The notes below the pieces were generated by a model. It saw only the letters and a list, made by a program, of their open reading frames with translations. It made no database searches and was not told where the DNA came from. DNA of 24,000 bases. Source: an uncultured Turneriella sp. Lineage in GTDB: Bacteria; Spirochaetota; Leptospiria; Turneriellales; Turneriellaceae. How positions within the stretch are numbered: the stretch's first letter is position 1; each line of letters opens with the position of its first letter. This document shows positions 1 through 7,947 of this stretch, piece after piece. The stretch lies in assembly GCA_964408405.1 (NCBI GenBank), contig CAYOZO010000005.1, forward strand, positions 42,837 through 66,836, given 5' to 3'. The position numbers were made by a program, and so were the translations under genes.

Positions 1-975
1 CTTGAGTTTCAGGATATTACCGAAGCAGCTGGTTTGTTGAGGACGCACAATACTTTTACAGGCATCTTTGCCGACGTCGACGGCGATTTTCAGCAAGACC
101 TGATCGTTGCACAGGATACCGGGCATGTCATGACCTGGAAAAATCTCGGAGGTCTGAAATTTCGCGAAATGCCCAACCCCATGAGCCTGGCCTTCGGATA
201 TCCAATGGGTATTGCTGCTGGCGACTTTGACAATGACGGGGAAATCGATTTTTATTTTTCCAACGTTGGTACAACGGTGCCCGATTTTCTGGGGCGCGGC
301 GACCTTCGCCCAGGACAACCATACCGTCGCTCGTTGCTTCTCATGAAAAATCTTGGCAACTTTCGTTTCGAAGATGTATCCGATGTGACGCGTACCGCAA
401 ACTACGAATTTTCCTGGGGCGTACTCATGCGCGACCTGAATCTCGACGGCCTGCAAGATATTCTGATTGCCGAGAATTACATTGATTTTCCACTCCACAG
501 GTTGTTCAAGCTACCTGGCAGAATCTTGCTGCAAACCCCGGCGGGCAAATTTGCGTCCGTTGAAAAGCGCATGGCTATGGAGAATCGCGCGGCGGAAATA
601 ACGCCGTTGGTTGCGGATTTCAACCGGGATGGTGTGCCCGATATTGTACGTGTTAACCTGGGTAGCAAATCGCGTGCGTTTATATCCACCGATAATAAGG
701 ACTTCCGTTCGATAGCCGTCAAATTACCCGATACGGTAGCGGTACTGGGAACTAAGGTAATCCTGCATTTTTCATCGGGGAGACGAATCACCAATTTTGT
801 GATTGCGGGCGAAGGATTGGGCTCAGATCAATCGCGGGAGATTCTGTTCGGACTGTTTGCGAACGACCTGGCCAAATCTCTCGAAATAATCCTTCCCTCG
901 GGACAAAAGAAGATTTTTGCAGTGGGGGCAGGGCAATCGCGCTACACCTTTTCTTCATCGAATCTGGGATTATGA
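1..975 (+). CDS. CRTAC1 / ASPIC-UnbV family protein with FG-GAP/VCBS-type repeats (5' partial, continues upstream of window)
   Basis: Frame 1 is open from nt 1, with no stop before the first ATG at 34. Repeated Ca-binding-like loops are present (GDFDNDGEIDFYF, DLNLDGLQDIL, DFNRDGVPDIV). The C-terminal segment GEGLGSDQSREILFGL is typical of ASPIC/UnbV domains. Confidence 0.75.
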   Translation, partial: LEFQDITEAAGLLRTHNTFTGIFADVDGDFQQDLIVAQDTGHVMTWKNLGGLKFREMPNPMSLAFGYPMGIAAGDFDNDGEIDFYFSNVGTTVPDFLGRGDLRPGQPYRRSLLLMKNLGNFRFEDVSDVTRTANYEFSWGVLMRDLNLDGLQDILIAENYIDFPLHRLFKLPGRILLQTPAGKFASVEKRMAMENRAAEITPLVADFNRDGVPDIVRVNLGSKSRAFISTDNKDFRSIAVKLPDTVAVLGTKVILHFSSGRRITNFVIAGEGLGSDQSREILFGLFANDLAKSLEIILPSGQKKIFAVGAGQSRYTFSSSNLGL

Positions 976-1655
976 GCGCGTCTCGCTTATTAGGCATCGC
1001 GGGCTTCATCGGTGCCATCGGTACTGGTTTGGGGGAGTACATGCTGCACTATTCGGCATTCGGATATTCTAATGCGGCCGAGTATGGTTATTTTAAAACG
1101 ATTACCGAGTACCGCGCGACAACCGGCCATTTTACCGCCATTCTGTGTTTACCATTATATTTCTGCGGATACCTATACCTGTACAAAATACTCGAGAGTG
1201 GTAACCGCGCTCTGCGCATCGCTTTTTTAGTAACCGGTATTTACGGAATTACCATCGGGGGATTCTGGCTGGGTGGCCGTGCATATTTGCACGCAGCCGT
1301 CACCAGTTCGCTGGCGCAAACAGGTAATGCGGAGCTCAGCTCGCTGATCGCGCGGATTGCCTTTCTGAACGAAACCCTCATCCAGATCGCACGGATAATT
1401 ATCCTTGCCAGTTCCATCTGCCTGGCTTGGATAATTCTCGGTGGCAAGACATTCATACCGAAATGGGTCGCTGCATTAAATCCCATCACTCTGGTGCTCG
1501 TGGCATTCGCGTTGTTTCTTTGGGTACCTGTCTTAGGCAATCACATCATGCCTGTGGCGATGAACTTCGCGCACATCGTCTTATTTGGGGTCATGCTCAT
1601 CGTGCAGAGCAGGCAACGCGCTTTGCTTGGGCGTCTTGCAGCAGAAATCAGGTAA
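972..1655 (+). CDS. hypothetical integral membrane protein
   Basis: 227-aa ORF with an ATGA start/stop overlap with the upstream gene. It has about six hydrophobic helix-length segments. I recognise no catalytic motif. Confidence 0.6.
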   Translation: MSASRLLGIAGFIGAIGTGLGEYMLHYSAFGYSNAAEYGYFKTITEYRATTGHFTAILCLPLYFCGYLYLYKILESGNRALRIAFLVTGIYGITIGGFWLGGRAYLHAAVTSSLAQTGNAELSSLIARIAFLNETLIQIARIIILASSICLAWIILGGKTFIPKWVAALNPITLVLVAFALFLWVPVLGNHIMPVAMNFAHIVLFGVMLIVQSRQRALLGRLAAEIR

Positions 1656-1665
1656 GGCAGGTTTC

Positions 1666-2901
1666 ATGCATATGATATTCACAAATCATCAGGGAGAAAA
1701 TCTTGCTGGATTTATGGATATGCCGGTAGGCAAGCCCGTTGCGACGGCCTTGTTCGCGCATTGTTTCACGTGCACAAAGAATCTCAAGGCGATTGCTCAT
1801 ATTTCGGCGAAGCTGCGGCAATTGGGTGTGGCGGTCCTGCGCTTTGATTTTACCGGCCTCGGGCAAAGCGAAGGGGATTTCGCAGACACCAATTTTTCCA
1901 GCAATGTGGCGGACTTAGTTGCCGCGGCAAAGTTCCTCTCTGACCACTATGCTCCGCCTTTCCTTATGATTGGACATTCACTGGGTGGCGCCGCCGCGTT
2001 ACGTGCTGCCGCGCAGATCGGCTCGGTACGAGCCGTGGCAACCATTGGCGCGCCAGCCGACCCAGGGCATATCAAGGCGCATTTTGCAGGCGCCGAAGGT
2101 AAAATATTGAACAGCGGTGAGGCGCTCGTTGACATCGGTGGACGTCCCTTCACCATCAAACGGCAATTTCTCGAAGATCTGGAAAGATGGCCCATCGATA
2201 GCCAGATTGCAGGTTTACACAAGGCGCTGCTCATCATGCACTCTCCGATTGATAGCGTAGTCGATATCGAAAATGCGCGGCGTATTTACGATCAGGCGCG
2301 CCATCCAAAGAGTTTTGTGTCGCTCGACGGTGCCGATCATCTGCTGAGCCGTGCGTCCGATGCGCAGTTTGTCGGAACGATGATTGCGGCCTGGGCGCAG
2401 CGATACCTGGTCAATACCCCAGCGGAAAAAGAAATGGAAACCAGGTATGTGCAGACGCGAACGCTTGCCAATGGTTTTGCGACCGACATCAGCGCTGGAG
2501 GGCATTATGTAGTCGCCGATGAACCGAAGGATGTCGGGGGCGGTGACACAGGGCTCACGCCCTACGACTTGCTTCTCGCGGCATTGGGTGCATGCACCGG
2601 CATGACCCTGGGCATGTACGCCCGACGCAAGGGAATCGCCGTCAATGAAATCCGCGTACGCCTAGCCCATAGGCGATCGTATATCGCAGATTGTCAGGCA
2701 TGTGGAGAAAAATCGACGATGATCGAAACAATCTCCCGCGAAATTGAAATGGACGGCAATGTTTCAGACGCTGACGTCCTTAAGCTGACTGAGATCGCCG
2801 ACAAGTGTCCGGTGCATAAATCGTTGCAAAGTTCGATGCAGATTCAAACGCGCGTTGAAAAAAGCGTAACAAGTCCAGAGTCTGGACCAGCAATTTCATA
2901 G
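1666..2901 (+). CDS. bifunctional alpha/beta hydrolase / OsmC-family (peroxiredoxin-like) fusion protein
   Basis: N-terminal half has the nucleophile elbow GHSLGG and a late DH (GADHLL). C-terminal half has OsmC hallmarks (GLTPYDLLLAALGACTGMT, KCPVHKSL). Start moved to the ATG at 1666, just after the upstream stop at 1653-1655. The 27 aa before it in the tracker ORF overlap the previous gene. Confidence 0.85.
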   Translation: MHMIFTNHQGENLAGFMDMPVGKPVATALFAHCFTCTKNLKAIAHISAKLRQLGVAVLRFDFTGLGQSEGDFADTNFSSNVADLVAAAKFLSDHYAPPFLMIGHSLGGAAALRAAAQIGSVRAVATIGAPADPGHIKAHFAGAEGKILNSGEALVDIGGRPFTIKRQFLEDLERWPIDSQIAGLHKALLIMHSPIDSVVDIENARRIYDQARHPKSFVSLDGADHLLSRASDAQFVGTMIAAWAQRYLVNTPAEKEMETRYVQTRTLANGFATDISAGGHYVVADEPKDVGGGDTGLTPYDLLLAALGACTGMTLGMYARRKGIAVNEIRVRLAHRRSYIADCQACGEKSTMIETISREIEMDGNVSDADVLKLTEIADKCPVHKSLQSSMQIQTRVEKSVTSPESGPAIS

Positions 2902-3038
2902 AGAATAAGCCGGTATCGAGCCGCGGCAGGGTTTATCGGAACGCCAAATTCTCGGCATTATTCTGGCGGTTTGCGTGGGAACGAAGAGCAATTATCCAAA
3001 CTATGTGATCCACGCAGAATGCGAGCCGGTACTTGTAG

Positions 3039-3088
3039 CTAGCAGGCTCCTGAAAAAGGAGCCAGAAGCAGGTTCCGGAACCTGCTAG
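3039..3088. repeat. Nested palindromic intergenic element, copy R1 (ctagcagg ... cctgctag)
   Basis: Hairpin 1 is ggctcc(3045-3050)/ggagcc(3058-3063) with loop tgaaaaa. It is followed by a perfect 20-nt palindrome agcaggttccggaacctgct (3067-3086). The outer 8-mers ctagcagg/cctgctag are also complementary. The layout is shared with the element at 7717-7864. Confidence 0.6.
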
Positions 3089-3195
3089 AATATGGAAGGC
3101 GTCTGCTTAAAGGTATTACCTGGTCGGAATTAAATATTTTGTAAGAGTGCTCAGCCCTCAGTCACTAACTTCGTAATCAACTATGAGGAGAACTT

Positions 3196-3660
3196 ATGAA
3201 ACAAAGACAGAATTTCCGACGGGTAAAAGTATTCGTAGCGGCTACGCTGGCGTTTGTGGCAGGTTCGCTCGCGAACTGCTCGCTGGATAAAAGTCTCGTC
3301 ACCAGACCAGCTGAAGTGAGGCCTTTTACCGCGCCACAGGCAGAACTCATTGCTGAAGGGGCGAGACTGTGGAAGGACACGAAGCTTAGCTCGGGTGGCG
3401 ATATTTCGTGCAACACCTGCCACATTAATTTCAGCAGCCTAAATGAATCGTTTGCTCAACCTTATCCGCACAAGGTCGAAATGGTCGAATCCAAAACCGG
3501 CATATCGAGTACGACAGCCGAGCAGATGGTACAGTTTTGCCTGCTCATGCCGATGGGCAGAGAGAAGCCCCTGGAATGGGATTCTCGCGAACTGGCAGCG
3601 CTCACAGCCTTTACTCTCCAATATCAGAAAGATTATCTGAAGGCAAGGACTAAAAAATGA
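3196..3660 (+). CDS. monohaem c-type cytochrome lipoprotein (resembles the N-terminal haem domain of cytochrome c peroxidase/MauG family)
   Basis: SD-like gaggag lies 7 nt upstream. There is a signal peptide with lipobox LANC. A single CXXCH (CNTCH) sits in the context LWKDTKLSSGGDISCNTCH, similar to CCP-family haem 1 sites. Confidence 0.75.
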   Translation: MKQRQNFRRVKVFVAATLAFVAGSLANCSLDKSLVTRPAEVRPFTAPQAELIAEGARLWKDTKLSSGGDISCNTCHINFSSLNESFAQPYPHKVEMVESKTGISSTTAEQMVQFCLLMPMGREKPLEWDSRELAALTAFTLQYQKDYLKARTKK

Positions 3661-4016
3661 AAACTATACGCAACATCTTCCTGCCGGCGGTGCTCATTAT
3701 CTCCGGATTGCCATTGCAGATTACCTTTGCTATTGACAACCACACCATGGAAAAAGGGAAAAAAATTTACCAGGAAAATTGCCTGCCCTGCCACGGTGCT
3801 ACCGGGGGCGGTGATGGCCCGGCAGCTGCAGTTCTTAAACCGAAACCGCGAAATTTTAAAGAAGGCAAATTTCTCTACGGTGATACAATGGCAGCTCTAA
3901 AGAAGACCGTGAAGAACGGTGTCAATGGAACGGCTATGCCTGCATGGGGGCCTACTCTGAAGGAAAAAGAGATCGAGGCCGTTATCCATTACGTAAAATC
4001 GCTGAAAACCCAGTGA
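3657..4016 (+). CDS. class I c-type cytochrome (small soluble, periplasmic)
   Basis: ATGA overlap with the upstream gene. N-terminal signal peptide, CLPCHG haem motif and distal GTAMPAW methionine ligand region. Confidence 0.85.
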   Translation: MKTIRNIFLPAVLIISGLPLQITFAIDNHTMEKGKKIYQENCLPCHGATGGGDGPAAAVLKPKPRNFKEGKFLYGDTMAALKKTVKNGVNGTAMPAWGPTLKEKEIEAVIHYVKSLKTQ

Positions 4017-4033
4017 AGCGGCGCATTTTTGCT

Positions 4034-4064
4034 TGCCCGGAACGATAGTTCCGGGCAATTTTTC
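4034..4064 (+). terminator. Rho-independent terminator-like hairpin
   Basis: 10-bp perfect stem tgcccggaac(4034-4043)/gttccgggca(4048-4057) with loop gata, followed by atttttc. Confidence 0.6.
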
Positions 4065-4099
4065 TGTAAGCTACGGCCTGTTATGTACACTAACCCCCG

Positions 4100-5407
4100 A
4101 TGAAAAAATCAGACCACGTTATCATTATCGGCAATGGCATTACGGGCATTACCTGTGCGCTTACATTACGAGAGCGCAGCGACTGCAAAATCACCGTAAT
4201 TTCTGACGAATCGGATTATTTTTTCTCCCGACCTGGCCTGATGTATGTCTTTCTGGGGCATATGCAGTTTCGGCATCTGGAACCTTATGAAAGGCACATG
4301 TGGCAGGAAAAACACATAAACTTAGTGAAGAAAAAAGTTACGCATATCGAGAAAACCCGGCAGAAAATCCGCTGTTCTGACTCGAGTGTATATGATTATA
4401 CTCGTCTGGTCCTTGCGACAGGCTCGAGGTACAACAAGTTTGGCTGGCCGGGTGAGAATCTGCCGGGAGTCCAGGGGTTCTACAGCCGTGGCGATCTCGA
4501 ACTGCTCGAAGAAAACTGCCGGAATGCCAGCCGCGCGGTCATCGTGGGCGGCGGGCTCATCGGCGTCGAAGTCGCCGAGATGCTGCATTCACGCGGCATT
4601 CCTGTAGATTTTCTCGTGCGCGAAAAGAATTTCTGGGATATTGTCCTCCCCGCTGAAGAAGCGAAACTCATTGGTCGGCATATTCGGCGACATGGCATCG
4701 CATTGCGGCTCGAAACAGAGCTTAAAGAAATTCACGCAAATAGATTGGGTCGAGTAAGTAGCATTACGCTCAAGAGCGGGGAGAAAATCGAATGCGACCT
4801 GGTTGCGCTCACCGCAGGGGTAAGTCCCAATATCGAACTTGCTAAATCCTCTGGATTGCAATGCAGGCGCGGTATCCTTGTCAATCGCCGGTTTGAAACG
4901 AGCGAAACAAACATCTATGCAGCCGGAGATTGCGCGGAGTTCACCGAACCACCGCCAGGTCGCAGGGCCGTCGAACAGGTCTGGTACACCGGCAAAGCCC
5001 ACGGGAAATTATTGGCCGAGATACTAATTGGCGAAGAGAAAATTTATGCTCCGGGCATTTGGTTTAATTCTGCGAAATTTTTTGATCTGGAATACCAGGT
5101 CTATGGCGATGTGCCCAATCGTCTGCCTGAGGGACATTCGAGTTACTATTGGGAAAGTTCTGACGGCGAAAAATGCCTGAGGCTAAACTGGCAATCCGCC
5201 TCTGGAGCGCTTACCGGAATTCATGCCATCGGTATGCGCCTCAGGCAAAGCAGCTGCATAAGGTGGATTGAAGAGCGCACCAAAGTATCGGCAGTCATAG
5301 AGCAACTTGCCGAGGGTTTCTTTGATCCGGAATTTTTCAGGAACCATGCATGGCAAATCGCAGCGGATTTTAGAACAAGAATACAGGGAGAGTTAAGCCA
5401 TGTCTGA
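4100..5407 (+). CDS. FAD-dependent pyridine nucleotide-disulfide oxidoreductase family protein
   Basis: Two Rossmann dinucleotide motifs (VIIIGNGITGITCA and AVIVGGGLIGVEVAE) and the distal FAD motif YAAGDCAE. Confidence 0.85.
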   Translation: MKKSDHVIIIGNGITGITCALTLRERSDCKITVISDESDYFFSRPGLMYVFLGHMQFRHLEPYERHMWQEKHINLVKKKVTHIEKTRQKIRCSDSSVYDYTRLVLATGSRYNKFGWPGENLPGVQGFYSRGDLELLEENCRNASRAVIVGGGLIGVEVAEMLHSRGIPVDFLVREKNFWDIVLPAEEAKLIGRHIRRHGIALRLETELKEIHANRLGRVSSITLKSGEKIECDLVALTAGVSPNIELAKSSGLQCRRGILVNRRFETSETNIYAAGDCAEFTEPPPGRRAVEQVWYTGKAHGKLLAEILIGEEKIYAPGIWFNSAKFFDLEYQVYGDVPNRLPEGHSSYYWESSDGEKCLRLNWQSASGALTGIHAIGMRLRQSSCIRWIEERTKVSAVIEQLAEGFFDPEFFRNHAWQIAADFRTRIQGELSHV

Positions 5408-6698
5408 AGCAGACGTATCTTTGAGCATCAGCCACCAGGCTGACGTTCGTCTGAATGCCACCGAACGCCTCGCCGCAGCTGCGGTTGCTCTTGCGGCACT
5501 TGTGCTAATAGTTGGCTTAGCCGGGGTACAACCGTTGGCAAATGCAGCCGTTTTCCTTTGGTCGCTTCTGGCACTCAGTGTGAGCGCGGTCATTTACTTC
5601 TCGATCCATTACCTGCGCAGACCGGCGGGTGTGCGCAACGAAGGTATATGGCACAGGAGCGTGCAAAGCCGCGGAATTATCGCTTATGCAACGGGGGTAG
5701 CAATTACCGGTTTTTACGTTCTGCTCTACTGGTTTCCCGAGTATCTGGCAAATGCTACAGCTCTTTTCAATCCGCTGAGCGAAGTTTTGCGTGGCATGCC
5801 TGCGGACTCATGGTTTCTCTATGGCACCCTCTACACGATAGCTGTTTTGGTGATGGGAATACGCGCAATCGTGCGTTACCGCCATTCGCGTTACCAAATT
5901 ATCCGTACGCTGGTCATCATGGTCTCTCAGCTGTTTCTCGGTTATCTGATCCCTGCGTTTATGAAACTCATGCACCAGCCGGAATTCTATTTCGGCTATT
6001 TCTGGCCATTAAAACCTGAATACCTTTTTCCCTCAACGGTATCGCAGCTTGTGAATCACCCCGGGGGGATTGGATTCTTCCTTGTGTTGTGGGGCCTTAT
6101 TCTATCGGTCGTCGCCACACCTATTCTGACTTATTTTTTCGGTAAACGCTGGTATTGTTCTTGGGTCTGTGGCTGCGGCGGCCTCGCCAACACCCTGGGA
6201 GATCCGTGGCGCCAGCTTTCTGACAAATCCGAGCGCGCCTGGAAAATCGAGCGGCGCATGATCTATTCTGTTTTGGGTCTTGTGATTGTTCTGACGATAG
6301 TCTTGTGGGTTAATTCTTATTACCAGGGCGAGGTCCTGGGCAAAATTTCCCAAAGTTATGCCCAATGGTATGGCTTTTTCATCGGTGCGCTTTTCTCCGG
6401 TGTTATTGGTGTGGGCTTCTATCCCATTCTTGGCACACGCGTCTGGTGCCGGTTCGGTTGCCCGATGGCGGCGTATCTTGGCATTTTGCAAAAATATTTT
6501 TCGCGATTCCGCATTTCTACCAACGAGGGACAGTGTATTTCGTGCGGCAACTGCTCGACCTATTGCGAGATGGGTATTGACGTGCGCGCCTACGCGCAGC
6601 GCGGAGAAGACATTGTGCGAGCTGCGTGCGTCGGTTGCGGCATCTGCGCGACGGTCTGCCCGCGCGGCGTACTAAAGCTCGAGAATAAGAAGCGCTAA
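5400..6698 (+). CDS. membrane-bound polyferredoxin (NapH/MauN-like 4Fe-4S binding protein)
   Basis: 8-nt overlap with the oxidoreductase gene. Multiple TM segments. Cys clusters CSWVCGCGG, CRFGCP, CISCGNCSTYCEMG and CVGCGICATVCPRG. Confidence 0.85.
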   Translation: MSEADVSLSISHQADVRLNATERLAAAAVALAALVLIVGLAGVQPLANAAVFLWSLLALSVSAVIYFSIHYLRRPAGVRNEGIWHRSVQSRGIIAYATGVAITGFYVLLYWFPEYLANATALFNPLSEVLRGMPADSWFLYGTLYTIAVLVMGIRAIVRYRHSRYQIIRTLVIMVSQLFLGYLIPAFMKLMHQPEFYFGYFWPLKPEYLFPSTVSQLVNHPGGIGFFLVLWGLILSVVATPILTYFFGKRWYCSWVCGCGGLANTLGDPWRQLSDKSERAWKIERRMIYSVLGLVIVLTIVLWVNSYYQGEVLGKISQSYAQWYGFFIGALFSGVIGVGFYPILGTRVWCRFGCPMAAYLGILQKYFSRFRISTNEGQCISCGNCSTYCEMGIDVRAYAQRGEDIVRAACVGCGICATVCPRGVLKLENKKR

Positions 6699-6716
6699 CA
6701 AGTTAGCGCTTCTTTC
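6688..6716. terminator. Hairpin between convergent genes (possible bidirectional terminator)
   Basis: 12-nt inverted repeat agaagcgctaac(6688-6699)/gttagcgcttct(6702-6713), followed by ttcg. The left arm overlaps the last codons of the + gene. The T-tract is weak. Confidence 0.5.
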
Positions 6717-6751
6717 GCAAAGGGTGTATTCCAGGATTTCTGCCGCAAACT

Positions 6752-7699
6752 TTACAGGGGAGTAATACCGAATTCCTTGCGCAGTTTCTCGTGTTCGGGA
6801 TCGTGCGTACGCCAGTAATCGAGCATCATTTGCTTCTTAAGAACTGCCCTGGTTTTGAGTCGCTTAGGATTTACGAAACCATCGAGGTATTCTTCGCTAT
6901 ACGATAGAATGCGATAGGGAAATTCTGCTTCAAAAGCATACTCCACCCGACGCTCATCCGGGCTCCCCTGCGCATATATAATAGTGTAGAGCCGGCGCTT
7001 TCCGCTTTGAGAAGCAGTCCCTGGTTCGTCAGACAAACTTGCCTGCGCTACCTCCGGAGCAATTTTGCGGTGCCTTAACCTAAGCGAAACGAGCCCCGGA
7101 ATAAAACGGACCTCGCCAACAGGTAGTCGGTCAGGAGCGGTGCGAATGCGCTGCCAAATTTCATCTTCGCTAATGGCGTCCTCCAGCGTGTCATCGACAT
7201 CGCCCTCGGCTTCGAAATAGCTGCGTGCCTGCAGGCGGTAGCGGCTTTTCTGCAGATTCAGCTGTACAAATGTCTGGCCGCACCATTCGACCGAAGTCGA
7301 ATTGACTTTCAGCGCCTTTGCGTCGGCGTCGAGCGGCTTGAAGCTGGTTGTGGTCATCGCATAATCATAGATGCCTGTGACAAACTTGCGCATTGTCTGT
7401 GCCTTCAATATGGTCTCGTCGTTTACTCCCGGTGTGAGCTCCGATTTGACCTGTTTATCGGTGCGAAAGGGTTCAGTTACCATGATGAGAAGCATTTCGC
7501 CACGGTTGAGATTGCCGTAGCGCGCCTGCGTCAGCTCATAGCGGCTGAGCTCGGCTTTGCCGTTCATCCAGTACTTTTTGAACTGTTCGCTCGTAGCTGC
7601 CACGGTCCGGGGTGTCTGCGTGCCGCAGGATAAAAACCCCAGTAGGCCGGCGCAGACAACCGTTCCCGGAACTATTTGTAAAAAAGTCCTTTTATGCAT
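6752..7699 (-). CDS. hypothetical lipoprotein
   Basis: 315-aa ORF with aggagg SD (complement of 7705-7710) upstream of the ATG. Signal peptide with lipobox FLSC. I cannot name a family with confidence. Confidence 0.7.
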   Translation of the reverse strand: MHKRTFLQIVPGTVVCAGLLGFLSCGTQTPRTVAATSEQFKKYWMNGKAELSRYELTQARYGNLNRGEMLLIMVTEPFRTDKQVKSELTPGVNDETILKAQTMRKFVTGIYDYAMTTTSFKPLDADAKALKVNSTSVEWCGQTFVQLNLQKSRYRLQARSYFEAEGDVDDTLEDAISEDEIWQRIRTAPDRLPVGEVRFIPGLVSLRLRHRKIAPEVAQASLSDEPGTASQSGKRRLYTIIYAQGSPDERRVEYAFEAEFPYRILSYSEEYLDGFVNPKRLKTRAVLKKQMMLDYWRTHDPEHEKLRKEFGITPL

Positions 7700-7716
7700 G
7701 AATTCCTCCTTTTGCG

Positions 7717-7864
7717 TTAGCAGGCTGTTGAAGAACAGCCATGAAGCAGGATGTTGAAACCGAGCGCAGCTGCAGACAGGCCATTTATGGCCGTTTTGCG
7801 AGCGATTTCGCTAAGAAATCGCGGCGTCTGCAGCGAGCACGGGATTTTTTCAACATCCTGTTAG
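7717..7864. repeat. Nested palindromic intergenic element, copy R2 (full-length, multi-stem)
   Basis: Hairpin 1 is ggctgtt(7723-7729)/aacagcc(7734-7740). The outer 13-bp stem is caggatgttgaaa(7747-7759)/tttcaacatcctg(7848-7860). The middle 9-bp stem is gctgcagac(7769-7777)/gtctgcagc(7826-7834). Inner hairpins lie at 7779-7792 and 7802-7822. Positions 7817-7853 are identical over 37 nt to 17955-17991. Confidence 0.65.
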
Positions 7865-7947
7865 TGTACACAACAGTCTGCTTCTTACGACTGGCAAGGT
7901 ATTTTAGGCTGTAAGAAATGCGCTGGTCACGACACTAACCATAAGTA

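Noticed and set aside
1585-1665. N-terminal 27-aa extension of the hydrolase::OsmC ORF
   Set aside because: It overlaps the upstream membrane-protein gene in another frame and is Cys/Ser-rich nonsense. The ATG at 1666 follows the upstream stop and begins the conserved domain.
5558-6675. Alternative-frame ORFs within the polyferredoxin gene (5558-6019, 6358-6675, 6102-6491 minus)
   Set aside because: They are fully nested in a gene with four canonical Fe-S Cys clusters, and their translations are low complexity.
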